64,000 nucleotides of DNA from Candidatus Aenigmatarchaeota archaeon (GTDB lineage Archaea; Aenigmatarchaeota; Aenigmatarchaeia; QMZP01; QMZT01). Of the stretch, positions 45,313 to 53,795 are shown in pieces; within the stretch, counting starts at the first letter, position 1; each line of letters opens with the position of its first letter. Under the pieces are notes generated by a model. That model did no database searches, was not told the DNA's origin, and saw only the letters and a list, made by a program, of their open reading frames with translations. The stretch is from assembly GCA_041489155.1 (NCBI GenBank), contig JBGPQP010000006.1:1338-65337 (forward strand), written 5' to 3'. The position numbers were made by a program, and so were the translations under genes.

Positions 45313-45741
45313 ATGGGCGGAGCATTCTCTGCAAGGAACCTGAAGAAGAAAAGGAGAAAGTTCAGGTGGAGCTCCGACAAGAAGAAAAGGAAGCTCATGA
45401 AGCTCTGGAAAAAGAGCCCGCTGAAGGGCGCTCCCATGGGAAGGGCGCTGGTGCTCAAGAAAAAGGGCATCGAGCAAAAGCAGCCCCACTCAGGCATAAT
45501 CAAGGCCGTCAGATGCCAGCTCATAAAGAACGGCATCCAGATTACTGCCTTCGTTCCGAAGACCGGCGCCATAAAGCATATAGACGAGCACGATGAGGTC
45601 CTTGTCGAGGGCCTCGGCGCTTCCCAAGGAGGAGCGGTAGGCTCGATGCACGGCGTGCAGTACAGGGTCGTTTCTGTAAACGGCGTCCCCTTGTCCGAGA
45701 TACTCAAAGGCAAGAAAGAGAAAGGCAAAGGAAGCGGATAA
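45313..45741 (+). CDS. rps12: Ribosomal protein uS12
   Basis: ATG 45313; the track start is GTG 45304. KQPHSGIIKAVRCQLIKNG.Q.TAF.P..GA...IDEHDEVL.EG. Confidence 0.92.
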   Translation: MGGAFSARNLKKKRRKFRWSSDKKKRKLMKLWKKSPLKGAPMGRALVLKKKGIEQKQPHSGIIKAVRCQLIKNGIQITAFVPKTGAIKHIDEHDEVLVEGLGASQGGAVGSMHGVQYRVVSVNGVPLSEILKGKKEKGKGSG

Positions 45742-45743
45742 GC

Positions 45744-46340
45744 ATGGCTATTCTTCTTTTCAACAGGTGGGACTTCGCAGGCGTTGAGGTAAGAGACGCC
45801 GGTCTCAAGAAGTACATGACTCTCAGACCTGTGGTTGTGCCGAAAACCTGCGGCAGATACGGAAGCGTTTCGATTCACAAAATAAAGATGAACATAGTCG
45901 AGAGGTTCATCACCAAGCTTTTCGTGCCCGGCCACAGGGGCAAGAAGCACAAGCTGACGTCCGGCCAGGTTGTCGGCGGTTACCAGAGGATTTTCAACGC
46001 CATGAACGACGCGTTTGACATAATAGAGAAGAGGACCAATAAAAATCCCATCCAGATACTTGTGACCGCGATAGAGAACGGCGCGCTTTACGAAGAGGTA
46101 ATGGGCTACAGGCTCGGAGGCGTGATCGCGAGGAAGGCGGTCGTCGTCGCTCCGCAGCGAAGGCTTGACGTGTCGCTGAGGCTTATAGCGCAGGACATAT
46201 TTTCAAGATCATTCCACAGCAAGAAAACGTTCCCGGAAACAATCGCCGATGAACTCATTGAACTTGCAAGCAACGACCAGAGGAACAACGTAATCCGCGA
46301 GAGGCAAAGGATAGAAAAGGAAGCGGAAAGCGCGAGGTAA
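45744..46340 (+). CDS. rps7: Ribosomal protein uS7
   Basis: 198 aa, typical archaeal S7 (..VERFITKLF..G...GKK.....). Confidence 0.9.
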   Translation: MAILLFNRWDFAGVEVRDAGLKKYMTLRPVVVPKTCGRYGSVSIHKIKMNIVERFITKLFVPGHRGKKHKLTSGQVVGGYQRIFNAMNDAFDIIEKRTNKNPIQILVTAIENGALYEEVMGYRLGGVIARKAVVVAPQRRLDVSLRLIAQDIFSRSFHSKKTFPETIADELIELASNDQRNNVIRERQRIEKEAESAR

Positions 46341-46358
46341 GCCTGATTCTGGCAAATC

Positions 46359-48560
46359 ATGCTTAAAAGTGATGTTTGTATGATAACCAAGGATTTGACA
46401 TTAGTCATAAAGGACCTTATGCTCAAGCCGGAGAAGATCCGCAACATCGGCATAGTCGCCCACATAGACCACGGCAAGACGACGTTCAGCGACAATCTCC
46501 TTGCAGGGGCGGGCATGATATCACAGGAACTCGCGGGCAAACAGCTGGCGATGGACTTCGACAAGCAGGAGCAGGAAAGGGGCATAACGATATTCGCCGC
46601 AAATGCCAGCATGGTGCACGAATACCACAACGAAAGCTATCTCATCAACCTTATAGACACTCCCGGGCACGTGGACTTCGGAGGCGACGTCACGCGGGCG
46701 ATGAGGGCCGTGGACGGCGTCATCGTGCTGATAGACGCGGTGGAGATGGTGATGCCGCAGACCGAGACCGTCATCCGCCAGGCGCTTAGGGAACGCGTCA
46801 AACCAATTCTTTTCATCAACAAGGTCGACAGGCTTATCAAGGAGCTCAAACTCACGCCGGAGCAGATGCAGGAAAGGCTGAAGAGGATAATCACGGACGT
46901 CAACGCCCTTACACAGAAATACGCAGAGAAGGAATTCGCGGAGAGGTGCGTTACAAATGTCGCCGACGGCAGCGTTGCCTTCGGCTCGGCAGTGAAGAAC
47001 TGGGCAATTTCGATTCCCTACATGCAGAAGACAGGCATAACCTTCAAGGACGTCATTGACCTGACCAACAAGGGCCCTGAAGGCGAGAAGGAGCTTGCGA
47101 AGCGAGCGCCTCTTCACACCATCGTTCTCGACATGATAATCAAACACCTGCCCAACCCGCTTGTTGCGCAGAAATACCGCATACCAAAGATATGGCCCGG
47201 AGAGGCCGACTCGGAAGTAGGGAAGGACATGGCCTCGTGCAACCCGAACGGCAAGCTGGCGGCAGTCGTGACAAAGCTTTACCCTGACCCTCACGCAGGA
47301 TATGTCGCTACGGTGCGCATATTCTCCGGCAAGATAAGGACAGGACAGGAAGTCTATCTAGTTGGCATGGCAAAGCCGCAGAAGGTGCAGCAGGTTTCTG
47401 TTTACAAGGGAGCGCAAAGGATAACGATGGACGAAGTCGATGCCGGCAACATCGTGGGCGTCGTCGGGCTGAAGGAATCTTATTCAGGCGAGACGCTTTG
47501 CGATCCGGAAAACATAATCCCGAGTTTCGAGCTGATAACCCACATCTTTGAGCCTGTTGTGGTGAAGGCGATAGAACCGAAGAAGCCACAGCAGCTTGCG
47601 AAGCTCATCGACTTCCTCAGGAAGGTCGCCAAGGAAGACCCGACGCTGAGGGTAAAAATCAACGAGGAGACCGGAGAATATCTTGTTTCCGGCCTCGGCG
47701 AACTGCATATAGATGCCAAGATAGAGCGCCCGCTAAAGGACGCGGAAATAGAAGTCGACGTTTCTCCGCCCATCGTAATTTACAGGGAATCCGTGCGCGG
47801 CCCGACGCCGCAGGCGATAGAAGGCAAATCTCCCAACAAGCACAACAGGTTCTACATAATCACCGAACCCCTTAACGAAAAGATACACCAGGCCATGGTG
47901 AGGGGCGACATACCGTCGAGCTCCGAGCTGAAGAAGAAGGATCTCGAGCTGCAGGACAAGCTGATAAACCTTGGCCTCGACAAGGAAGAGGCGAAGAAGG
48001 TCAGGTTAGTACACAACCGCAACATCTTCCTTGACATGACGAGGGGCGTGCACGCGATACTGGAAGTCATGGAGATGCTGAAGGAATCGTTCACGGAGGC
48101 GATGGACGAAGGCCCTCTTGCGAGGGAGCCGTGCGACGCGATAAAGGTGAAGCTCGTTGACGCGAAGCTGCACGAGGACGCGATACACAGGGGCCCTGCG
48201 CAGGTTATACCGGCTGTCCGTTCAGCAATACGTGACGCGATGGTCTCGAGCAGGGCCTTCATCCTAGAGCCGAAACAGATAATCAGGATAGACGTCCCGA
48301 GCGAGCAGATGAGCGGCGCCATGAAGGAAGTGCAGAACAGGAGAGGCCAGATAATTGAAATGGGAGAGGAAAGAGGCACTTCGACCATCACGGCCAAGCT
48401 GCCTGTCGCAGAGATGTTCGGCTTCAACTCCGCACTTAAATCATCGACTGGCGGCAAGGGCTTTTACTGGCTAATAGACGTAGTTTACGAGCCGCTGCCC
48501 AGGGACCTTGAGCCGAGGATTTTGAGCCAGATAAAGCAGAGGAAGGGGATAACCGAATAG
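46359..48560 (+). CDS. fusA: Translation elongation factor aEF-2
   Basis: IRNIGIVAHIDHGKTT, DTPGHVDF, NKVDR; diphthamide-loop region HEDAIHRG. The start could instead be ATG 46380. Confidence 0.93.
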   Translation: MLKSDVCMITKDLTLVIKDLMLKPEKIRNIGIVAHIDHGKTTFSDNLLAGAGMISQELAGKQLAMDFDKQEQERGITIFAANASMVHEYHNESYLINLIDTPGHVDFGGDVTRAMRAVDGVIVLIDAVEMVMPQTETVIRQALRERVKPILFINKVDRLIKELKLTPEQMQERLKRIITDVNALTQKYAEKEFAERCVTNVADGSVAFGSAVKNWAISIPYMQKTGITFKDVIDLTNKGPEGEKELAKRAPLHTIVLDMIIKHLPNPLVAQKYRIPKIWPGEADSEVGKDMASCNPNGKLAAVVTKLYPDPHAGYVATVRIFSGKIRTGQEVYLVGMAKPQKVQQVSVYKGAQRITMDEVDAGNIVGVVGLKESYSGETLCDPENIIPSFELITHIFEPVVVKAIEPKKPQQLAKLIDFLRKVAKEDPTLRVKINEETGEYLVSGLGELHIDAKIERPLKDAEIEVDVSPPIVIYRESVRGPTPQAIEGKSPNKHNRFYIITEPLNEKIHQAMVRGDIPSSSELKKKDLELQDKLINLGLDKEEAKKVRLVHNRNIFLDMTRGVHAILEVMEMLKESFTEAMDEGPLAREPCDAIKVKLVDAKLHEDAIHRGPAQVIPAVRSAIRDAMVSSRAFILEPKQIIRIDVPSEQMSGAMKEVQNRRGQIIEMGEERGTSTITAKLPVAEMFGFNSALKSSTGGKGFYWLIDVVYEPLPRDLEPRILSQIKQRKGITE

Positions 48561-48632
48561 GCTCCTTCCATTTAACTCTTTTTGGTTTTTGCTAAACTTT
48601 TAATATATTCACGATAATTATTCTTACCTATA

Positions 48633-48772
48633 GGGGCCGTGGTGTAGCTAAGCCCTTTCACGGCAGCTTTCGCTTGCACGAAAGCGCTTGCGGAAAACGT
48701 GAATGGCTCTGCAATGGTCTAGCATTCAAGCTTCGGGAGCTTGCGACCTGAGTTCGAATCTCAGCGGCCCCA
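48633..48772 (+). tRNA. tRNA-Pro (CGG) with a 65-nt D-loop intron (48650-48714)
   Basis: Acceptor GGGGCCG/CGGCCCC, D stem GUGU/GCAU, anticodon arm CAAGC-UUCGGGA-GCUUG, T arm CUGAG-UUCGAAU-CUCAG, discriminator A. BHB-like fold: GUAG:CUGC central helix, bulges CU|A and AA|U, distal helix AGCC:GGCU. The spliced D-loop is AGCUUGGUCUA. Confidence 0.85.
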
Positions 48773-48816
48773 TCGGATATTCAATAATTTATATTTTGAG
48801 GACGACAATAGTTATT

Positions 48817-49650
48817 ATGCTCGGTTTCGTGTTTCTTGCGATAGGCATAGTCGGTTTTGGCCTTGCCGCGTACTGGGACCTTCGCTATACCGAGTTCCCT
48901 GACTGGCTTCCTTATTCGATAATCATTCTGACCATCGCGGCGAAGGCTGTGTTTTCATATGCCGCGGATAACTGGCTGATACTAGGCACATCGGTGTTTT
49001 ACGGATGCGTGTTCCTTGGCCTAGGTCTGCTTCTCTATTTCGCGAAACAGTGGGGCGACGGCGACGCGTGGCTGCTTGGAGCGCTGGGATTCGTGCTGCC
49101 CGACCAGCTCGAATTCGGCGTTTCGACGAATCTCCCGTTCCCAATGACCCTGCTTTTCAATTTCCTTCTGGTCTCACTAGTATACCTAATCGCCTATTCG
49201 CTGGTGCTCGGACTAAGAAACAGAACTGTCAACAAGAGATACGCAGAACATCTCTACAAAGAAAGATACAAGCTGATGGGCATGACTGCGTTTTTCTTTG
49301 CCTTTTGCTGGGGCTTCGCGTTTTTCATGCATTACATGGGCTTTAACGCTATGAATGTTATGCAAATGGCCATGCTCCCCTTCCTTCTTACGTTCATCCT
49401 CCTGTTCTCATACTATGCAAAAATAGTCGAAAAAAACCTGTTCAAGAGAAAAGTAAAGACATCTGAACTGAGAGAGGGTGACGTCATCCTGGATGGAAGA
49501 TGGAGGGGCCTGACCAAGAAGGAAATAGCTGAAATCAGGAGAAAAGGCAAATACGCCTGGATAAAGGAGGGGGTGAGATTCGCGCCTGTTTTCATAATAA
49601 CCATGCTGATAAGCATTTTTTACGGGGATTTAATATTAATATTGGTTTAA
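48817..49650 (+). CDS. A24-family prepilin/preflagellin peptidase (PibD/FlaK/EppA-like) with a C-terminal soluble extension
   Basis: Start moved to ATG 48817; the track ORF begins inside the tRNA. Polytopic, with the first catalytic Asp in AAYWDLRYTEFPD and the second in the GDGDAWLLGALG (GxGD) motif. Confidence 0.8.
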   Translation: MLGFVFLAIGIVGFGLAAYWDLRYTEFPDWLPYSIIILTIAAKAVFSYAADNWLILGTSVFYGCVFLGLGLLLYFAKQWGDGDAWLLGALGFVLPDQLEFGVSTNLPFPMTLLFNFLLVSLVYLIAYSLVLGLRNRTVNKRYAEHLYKERYKLMGMTAFFFAFCWGFAFFMHYMGFNAMNVMQMAMLPFLLTFILLFSYYAKIVEKNLFKRKVKTSELREGDVILDGRWRGLTKKEIAEIRRKGKYAWIKEGVRFAPVFIITMLISIFYGDLILILV

Positions 49651-49780
49651 AATGCTTATTTTTTAATTTAAACGGTTTAAAATTGTTTTGGAACAATTAA
49701 AATCGATTTTTAGTGTTAATGGAACGATAAAAAGCACTAAAACCACATGTTTCAGTGTTCACGCGACTGTTTCACACAAC

Positions 49781-49789
49781 TTATATATA
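49781..49789 (+). promoter_or_regulatory. Candidate TATA box of the S-layer gene promoter
   Basis: ttatatata about 97 nt upstream of the ATG, implying a ~70-nt leader. The leader holds a hairpin (UACCGC..GCGGUA, 49827-49849) and a strong SD GGAGGU (49874-49879). Confidence 0.4.
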
Positions 49790-49885
49790 CCTCATCCGAA
49801 CAACTATTGAATAAGCATCAAACTCTTACCGCTGGGCATACTGGCGGTAAAAAGGTTTGGGATGTTCAAAATAGGAGGTTAAAAT

Positions 49886-52273
49886 ATGAAAATAAAGAGA
49901 CTTATTGCAGGAGGTTTAGCAGCAGCAGCAATAGGAGCTACATTAATAGCAGGAGGTTTAGCAGCGACTACATTTGACAAGGGCATGGGAGAATTCGTAA
50001 CTATTTCCAGCGGAGCACTTAGCTCTCCGGTAATAGTTGTCGGAGCAGGCGTGGACACGACAGACGTCCTTGGAGCAACTGACATTGCCGCAAGCTTGGT
50101 CTCGAACTATGCCGTAGTGGCAAAGACCATTCCATCAGCAGCGGCGACAACTGGCGTGACCGACGGTATTCTTATAAAGAGTGAAAAGGATTACCCATGG
50201 CTCAACACATCAGCAACCTTTAGCAACATAAAAGCGACAATAACAGAGTCTGATCTCGGCACTTTGCTAGCAAAGGGAAGCGTAGACACAACGAGCGGAA
50301 CCCCGGTGAAATACGAGCAGCTTATCAACCTAGGCGGCCACTACGTTGAGTACAACGAAGACCCCGAGGACGTGGATGAGCCCGTGCTTAACGTAGAGTT
50401 CGGCACAGGAACGACATACGACCTTAAAGTGATCTTCCTAGGAGGGCTGGACACCGCATACGTTGACACGACAACCGAAATAAAGCTCTTCGGCAAGAAC
50501 TACAAATTCGGTCCGAACCCGACCAACGCGAGCCTTGTGCTGTACTCGCAAACAGGCTCACAAACAATAACAATAGGCAACGCTGCAGGTGTTTCAGATT
50601 CAGCAACCGTAAGGGTAGAGGGAGTTGACTACGTGATAAAGTTCCTTGGCTGGGACCCGGCGAACACGAACATTGCCACCGTCAGCATAGAACATGGCGG
50701 CAACAGCGTAACAAAATCCTGGACGGAAAGCAACACCTACACGCTGCCCGGCTCGACGACACAAGTATTCGTAAACAGGGTTGATGTCGTTGCTTTGGGA
50801 GCTGATGCGCAAGCGGCTTCGGTCGAACTTTTCGTGGGAACCGACAAGCTAGAACTTGATGACGGAGACACCGTAGTGAAGAACGACGAGACTATGGACT
50901 ACACGACAGTCGCCTTCGATGCAAGCGGAACCAAGATAAACATACTGACGTTCACCGTCGCGCCGGATGACGATGCATACATGGTCGATGGCGGAACGTT
51001 CACGGACCCGATGTTCGGAAGCTTTAAGTTCGCCTTGGGCGGCATGACGCCAGGTGTGACGGACACTTCCAGAGACACAGTAAAGATAGCAAAGAGCGGG
51101 ACAGAGAAGGTGAAACTAACCTACACCAACGATGACGGAACCAAATACACCATGGATGTTATGTATTACAACAGCGGATGGCAACTCGGAGATGGAACAA
51201 GGGCTCTTCACGTACTTGAACCAAACACGACTGTCCCGTCAGACACCGATTGGATAGCAAAGAACGAGTACTTCGTCCTGGCAAGCGGTGAAAAGTCATA
51301 CATAGTGAAGTACACGGGCTACGACGACGACGACGATATCCTGTCATTCCAGGATGCCGGAAGCTTGACCGAGTACGATGCATCATACAGCGGGAGCGGT
51401 CTCAGAGATGCGAATTTGATAATAGGGGCAGCCCAGTTTAGCATCAAGTACAACGTGACATCGCACGAGATTGCAGTTGACCTTGACGACAGCAACTCCA
51501 TAGTCAGTAACGAGGTAGGATACCTGAGGACAAAGGGCGACGGTCAGATAGATCTTTCAGCAGGAGGTTCAGGAACAGAAATAGGCAACATAACCTTCAC
51601 AGAAAATGCGCTCTACACGATAGGTGACTATGAACCGAATGTAGCGTCGCTGAAGTTTGTGGTAACATACGACGCGAGCGCAGGTGAGGTGAGCACGATA
51701 TCAGTTCCGAGCAGCCTTCTTGGAGGCCAGGTTGGCTCTGAAAAGCTGTACCACTACCTTAGCTACTACGGAACATACGTTGTCCACGACTCAGACGCAG
51801 ATTCGGTAACACTCTACTACCCGGGCAACAGACCAGCATATGCAAACGTGGCCATCGGAATCGACCCCAAGTTCACAACGACGAGCGGAACCGGAGGCGG
51901 AACATACAACGAGGCGGTTCCAGTAACGAACCCGATAGCCAAGTTCCCAAGCGAGGTAGCGCAAACCGCTTCGCTCGACAAGGACCTAATATTAGTTGGT
52001 GGTCCATGCGCGAACGGACTTGTGAAGACTTTGCTTAACGAGGCTTGGAACTCAACGGACTCTTGCGCTGCCTGGCTGGCAGATGCGACCCTGAAAGACA
52101 ACGGAAAAGGTCTCATCCAGGTAGTCGAAAACATTTTCGGCTCAGGCAAGAAGGCGTTGATCGTTGCGGGTACGAGCGCTCAGGACACCAGAAACTTGAT
52201 AGCCAACAAGGTTATCAAGCCAACGGAGTTCAAGGCACTTGGAGCAGTCGCACAGTACAAGGGTGCTGCGTAA
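49886..52273 (+). CDS. S-layer protein (Methanococcales-type S_layer_N / S_layer_C ends)
   Basis: Signal peptide. N-terminal ..SPVIVVGAGVDTTDVLGATDIAASL and C-terminal DLILVGGPCANGLV recall the conserved ends of methanococcal S-layer proteins. Strong SD and terminator; Thr/Gly/Asp-rich, with no C-terminal TM. Confidence 0.8.
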   Translation: MKIKRLIAGGLAAAAIGATLIAGGLAATTFDKGMGEFVTISSGALSSPVIVVGAGVDTTDVLGATDIAASLVSNYAVVAKTIPSAAATTGVTDGILIKSEKDYPWLNTSATFSNIKATITESDLGTLLAKGSVDTTSGTPVKYEQLINLGGHYVEYNEDPEDVDEPVLNVEFGTGTTYDLKVIFLGGLDTAYVDTTTEIKLFGKNYKFGPNPTNASLVLYSQTGSQTITIGNAAGVSDSATVRVEGVDYVIKFLGWDPANTNIATVSIEHGGNSVTKSWTESNTYTLPGSTTQVFVNRVDVVALGADAQAASVELFVGTDKLELDDGDTVVKNDETMDYTTVAFDASGTKINILTFTVAPDDDAYMVDGGTFTDPMFGSFKFALGGMTPGVTDTSRDTVKIAKSGTEKVKLTYTNDDGTKYTMDVMYYNSGWQLGDGTRALHVLEPNTTVPSDTDWIAKNEYFVLASGEKSYIVKYTGYDDDDDILSFQDAGSLTEYDASYSGSGLRDANLIIGAAQFSIKYNVTSHEIAVDLDDSNSIVSNEVGYLRTKGDGQIDLSAGGSGTEIGNITFTENALYTIGDYEPNVASLKFVVTYDASAGEVSTISVPSSLLGGQVGSEKLYHYLSYYGTYVVHDSDADSVTLYYPGNRPAYANVAIGIDPKFTTTSGTGGGTYNEAVPVTNPIAKFPSEVAQTASLDKDLILVGGPCANGLVKTLLNEAWNSTDSCAAWLADATLKDNGKGLIQVVENIFGSGKKALIVAGTSAQDTRNLIANKVIKPTEFKALGAVAQYKGAA

Positions 52274-52287
52274 GATCGATAGCTATT

Positions 52288-52326
52288 GGGGTTAAAACAA
52301 TAACCCCCTCTTTTTCTTTTTTATTT
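52288..52326 (+). terminator. Hairpin plus T-tract terminator after the S-layer gene
   Basis: GGGGUUA-AAACAA-UAACCCC, followed by ctctttttcttttttatttt. Confidence 0.55.
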
Positions 52327-52327
52327 T

Positions 52328-52350
52328 AAACCTTTTTCAGAAAAAGGTTT
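52328..52350. terminator. Second perfect hairpin between convergent genes
   Basis: AAACCUUUUU-CAG-AAAAAGGUUU (10-bp arms) flanked by A/T runs on both strands. Confidence 0.4.
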
Positions 52351-52400
52351 ATCAAAAAATGAATTTATGTCACAAAGGCTTCAGCGAAACATGTATTTAT

Positions 52401-53789
52401 CTATATTTTGACTCTGTATATCACGGCCGCGTTCTCGTCGCCCCACTGCTCGAATTTCTTTACAGGCAGGAATCCGCTTTTTTCATCGAAATAATAATCT
52501 ACGTAATCTGGATTTCCCGGCTCGAATTTGTAGACGAGGATGAATTTAATGCCATTCTCTCCGATGACGCTGCCCATGCCCTCATATTTATCGGGAAATC
52601 TTATTGTCTTCCTTTCAGAGAAATAGTATACGTAGGGGTATGATTCCGTCATCACCGCGTCCCTCTCGCCGGTGATGTTCTTGAGGTAAACGGACGCCTC
52701 GACAAGACTCTTACCTGAAAAGCGATCGTTCCAGGCAAACGCCAGTCCTGTTAGCAAGCTTGCGACGCATATAAGAACGGCGATTAAAGGCAGATATTTC
52801 GCAAACGCGGGCTTTTTGTTTTCTAACCTTAGCACCAGCCCGGCGAATATCGCGTATATTGGCATGTAGGAAAGCAGGTACCGAGGTTCGCGGTGGAAAG
52901 CAAAGGAAAAGAACGCCAGCGGCAGCAGGAAAAACGCAAAAAGCAAAAAATTGTGACCGGACTTATCCTGCCTGGCCAGGACGTAAAGGCCAATAGCCAC
53001 GAATATTATTTGCATGCCGAAGATGCCGAATATGTCTGCGAAGTAAGAAGAAAAACCGGATGGCAGCGACTCCGAATAAACGGCCAAATTCGTCAAATAC
53101 GCACCGAAAATGCTGCCGTAATAAGCGTAGCTCAGCAGCAACCACGGCGAGAGCACGGCAAGAAAGCCGAGCAGCAAAAATGCGGCTTCGCTGAAGACGC
53201 GCTTGGTCTTTTTCCTGTAAAAAATGTATATGAAGTAAAGCGCGTAGGAAAGGATGATTATTGTGCCGAGATATCTGGTTATTAACGCGAGACCTGTAAA
53301 AACGCCTGATGCAAGCGCATTGGCCGGTTTTTTCCTCCTAAGGAAAAACAGCAATGACAATGAGAGGAAAGACATGAACAAAGGTTCTGACAGGATTTTT
53401 GTGCTGAAGAAAACGAAGAGCTGGTTGGTCGAAAGAAAAAGAGAGGAGAGAAGGGCGATGTCCTTGCCGAAAAGCTCCTTTGACAGATAGTATGTCGTCA
53501 CAACCGAAATCGCAGAAATAAGCACTACAACTATTCTGGCCCAAAGTATGTTGTCTGATACCGGGGAAATGAACAGAGGGAAAACAGGGGGCCTGAAGGT
53601 TTCCAGCGCTGTTCCGCTTTCAAGAGAATACAAGCCTTTCTGGACGTTTCTTCCGAGGCCGAGATAGACCGCTTCATCCCACCACATGCCTTCATTGCAG
53701 AAAAGCAAGGCGAATTTTGCCAGAATCGAGAATATTATCAAAGAAATCAGGACGTGTTTAAGGCGCTTTTCCATATTATTAGATTGCAT
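52401..53789 (-). CDS. GT-C fold glycosyltransferase (ArnT / PMT_2-like)
   Basis: 462 aa, about 11 TM. The N-terminal loop WWDEAVYLGLGRN resembles the DE/DxD loop of GT39/GT83 enzymes. Confidence 0.7.
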   Translation of the reverse strand: MQSNNMEKRLKHVLISLIIFSILAKFALLFCNEGMWWDEAVYLGLGRNVQKGLYSLESGTALETFRPPVFPLFISPVSDNILWARIVVVLISAISVVTTYYLSKELFGKDIALLSSLFLSTNQLFVFFSTKILSEPLFMSFLSLSLLFFLRRKKPANALASGVFTGLALITRYLGTIIILSYALYFIYIFYRKKTKRVFSEAAFLLLGFLAVLSPWLLLSYAYYGSIFGAYLTNLAVYSESLPSGFSSYFADIFGIFGMQIIFVAIGLYVLARQDKSGHNFLLFAFFLLPLAFFSFAFHREPRYLLSYMPIYAIFAGLVLRLENKKPAFAKYLPLIAVLICVASLLTGLAFAWNDRFSGKSLVEASVYLKNITGERDAVMTESYPYVYYFSERKTIRFPDKYEGMGSVIGENGIKFILVYKFEPGNPDYVDYYFDEKSGFLPVKKFEQWGDENAAVIYRVKI

Positions 53790-53795
53790 CCGGTA

